Shown here: positions 31,729 through 32,000 of the stretch, piece by piece
How the letters are laid out: the number at the start of each line of letters is the position of its first letter
Numbering within the stretch: the first letter of the stretch is position 1
Source: Ktedonobacterales bacterium
GTDB lineage: Bacteria; Chloroflexota; Ktedonobacteria; Ktedonobacterales; JADMIN01
NCBI GenBank assembly: GCA_030167145.1
Contig: CP126532.1
Span: 4,950,001-4,982,000, forward strand
Direction of reading: 5' to 3'
Length of the DNA stretch: 32,000 nucleotides
Translations under genes and position numbers: made by a program
Notes under the pieces: generated by a model
Database searches by the model: none
What the model saw: the letters and a program-made list of their open reading frames with translations, nothing else
Told to the model about the DNA's origin: nothing

Positions 31729-32000
31729 TCAGTCATAGACCGTATCCAGCACCCACACCTCCCGCGCCGCATCCTCATACACGTCGCAAATCAACCCCTC
31801 CACCCCACCTCCGTACCCCTCGCACCGCACCCGCCAGTACGTCCGCTCGCTCGCACCCCAGCTCGCCCCACCGAGCCGTCGTCCTTGCCTGTGTCCTTGT
31901 CCTGGTCCTGGCTGCGGTTGTTCCCCTGGCAACAGCGCATCCGAAAGTGGCGGCAATTCCTCCCACCACAGATCCCGCAGCCGCCACGTGCTCAGCACCT
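31729..32000 (-). CDS. Hypothetical protein, C-terminal fragment (5'-partial, continues beyond the window); possibly DUF6504/ImuB-C-terminal-like
   Basis: The frame is open to the window edge, with stop TGA at 31729-31731. The pattern 'W..RDLWWEE...RTYWRVRCEG...DVYED...VWVLDTVYD' resembles my memory of the small domain found at or next to the C-terminus of ImuB-type Y-family polymerases. This is a low-confidence recollection. Confidence 0.45.
   Translation of the reverse strand, partial: VLSTWRLRDLWWEELPPLSDALLPGEQPQPGPGQGHRQGRRLGGASWGASERTYWRVRCEGYGGGVEGLICDVYEDAAREVWVLDTVYD

Overview
High-GC bacterial chromosomal segment, densely coding on both strands. I support about 30 protein genes, one intact IS630-family insertion sequence and several regulatory sites. 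I recognised no rRNA, tRNA or CRISPR array. All family calls come from motifs read by eye in the supplied translations and DNA; no database search was possible, and the taxon cannot be fixed from the sequence alone.

Gene order, left to right:
- 3' part of an SNF2 ATPase gene, translationally coupled to a 761-aa Cys-rich protein
- acyltransferase-3, a PyrE-like PRTase, and an MBL-hydrolase/TetR pair behind an AT-rich palindromic promoter
- GNAT, an ECF sigma factor coupled to a membrane Asp-box protein, and ndk
- a long minus-strand run: GT39 glycosyltransferase, thioredoxin-like protein, DUF4395-like protein, rhodanese, RecD2-like helicase, a Pro-rich membrane protein and acyl-CoA dehydrogenase
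- a REC-histidine kinase, REC-only regulator, DUF4177-like protein and NtrC-type activator, with a near-consensus -24/-12 promoter
- a PD40-like lipoprotein, a 567-bp unexplained gap, an ABC-F ATPase and the IS630 element
- a MarR-GNAT fusion gene followed by five different short tandem-repeat arrays

Most noteworthy:
1. The SNF2 gene and its partner. The partner has a Cys/His cluster that fits C3HC4 RING spacing exactly, plus a degenerate Mrr-like segment. This is a candidate uncharacterised DNA-targeting or repair module, but it is truncated at the window edge.
2. The sigma-54 promoter lies in the same locus as an activator whose GAFTGA loop reads GAYTNA.
3. The strand-asymmetric, G-quadruplex-prone tandem-repeat cluster at 31253-31688.
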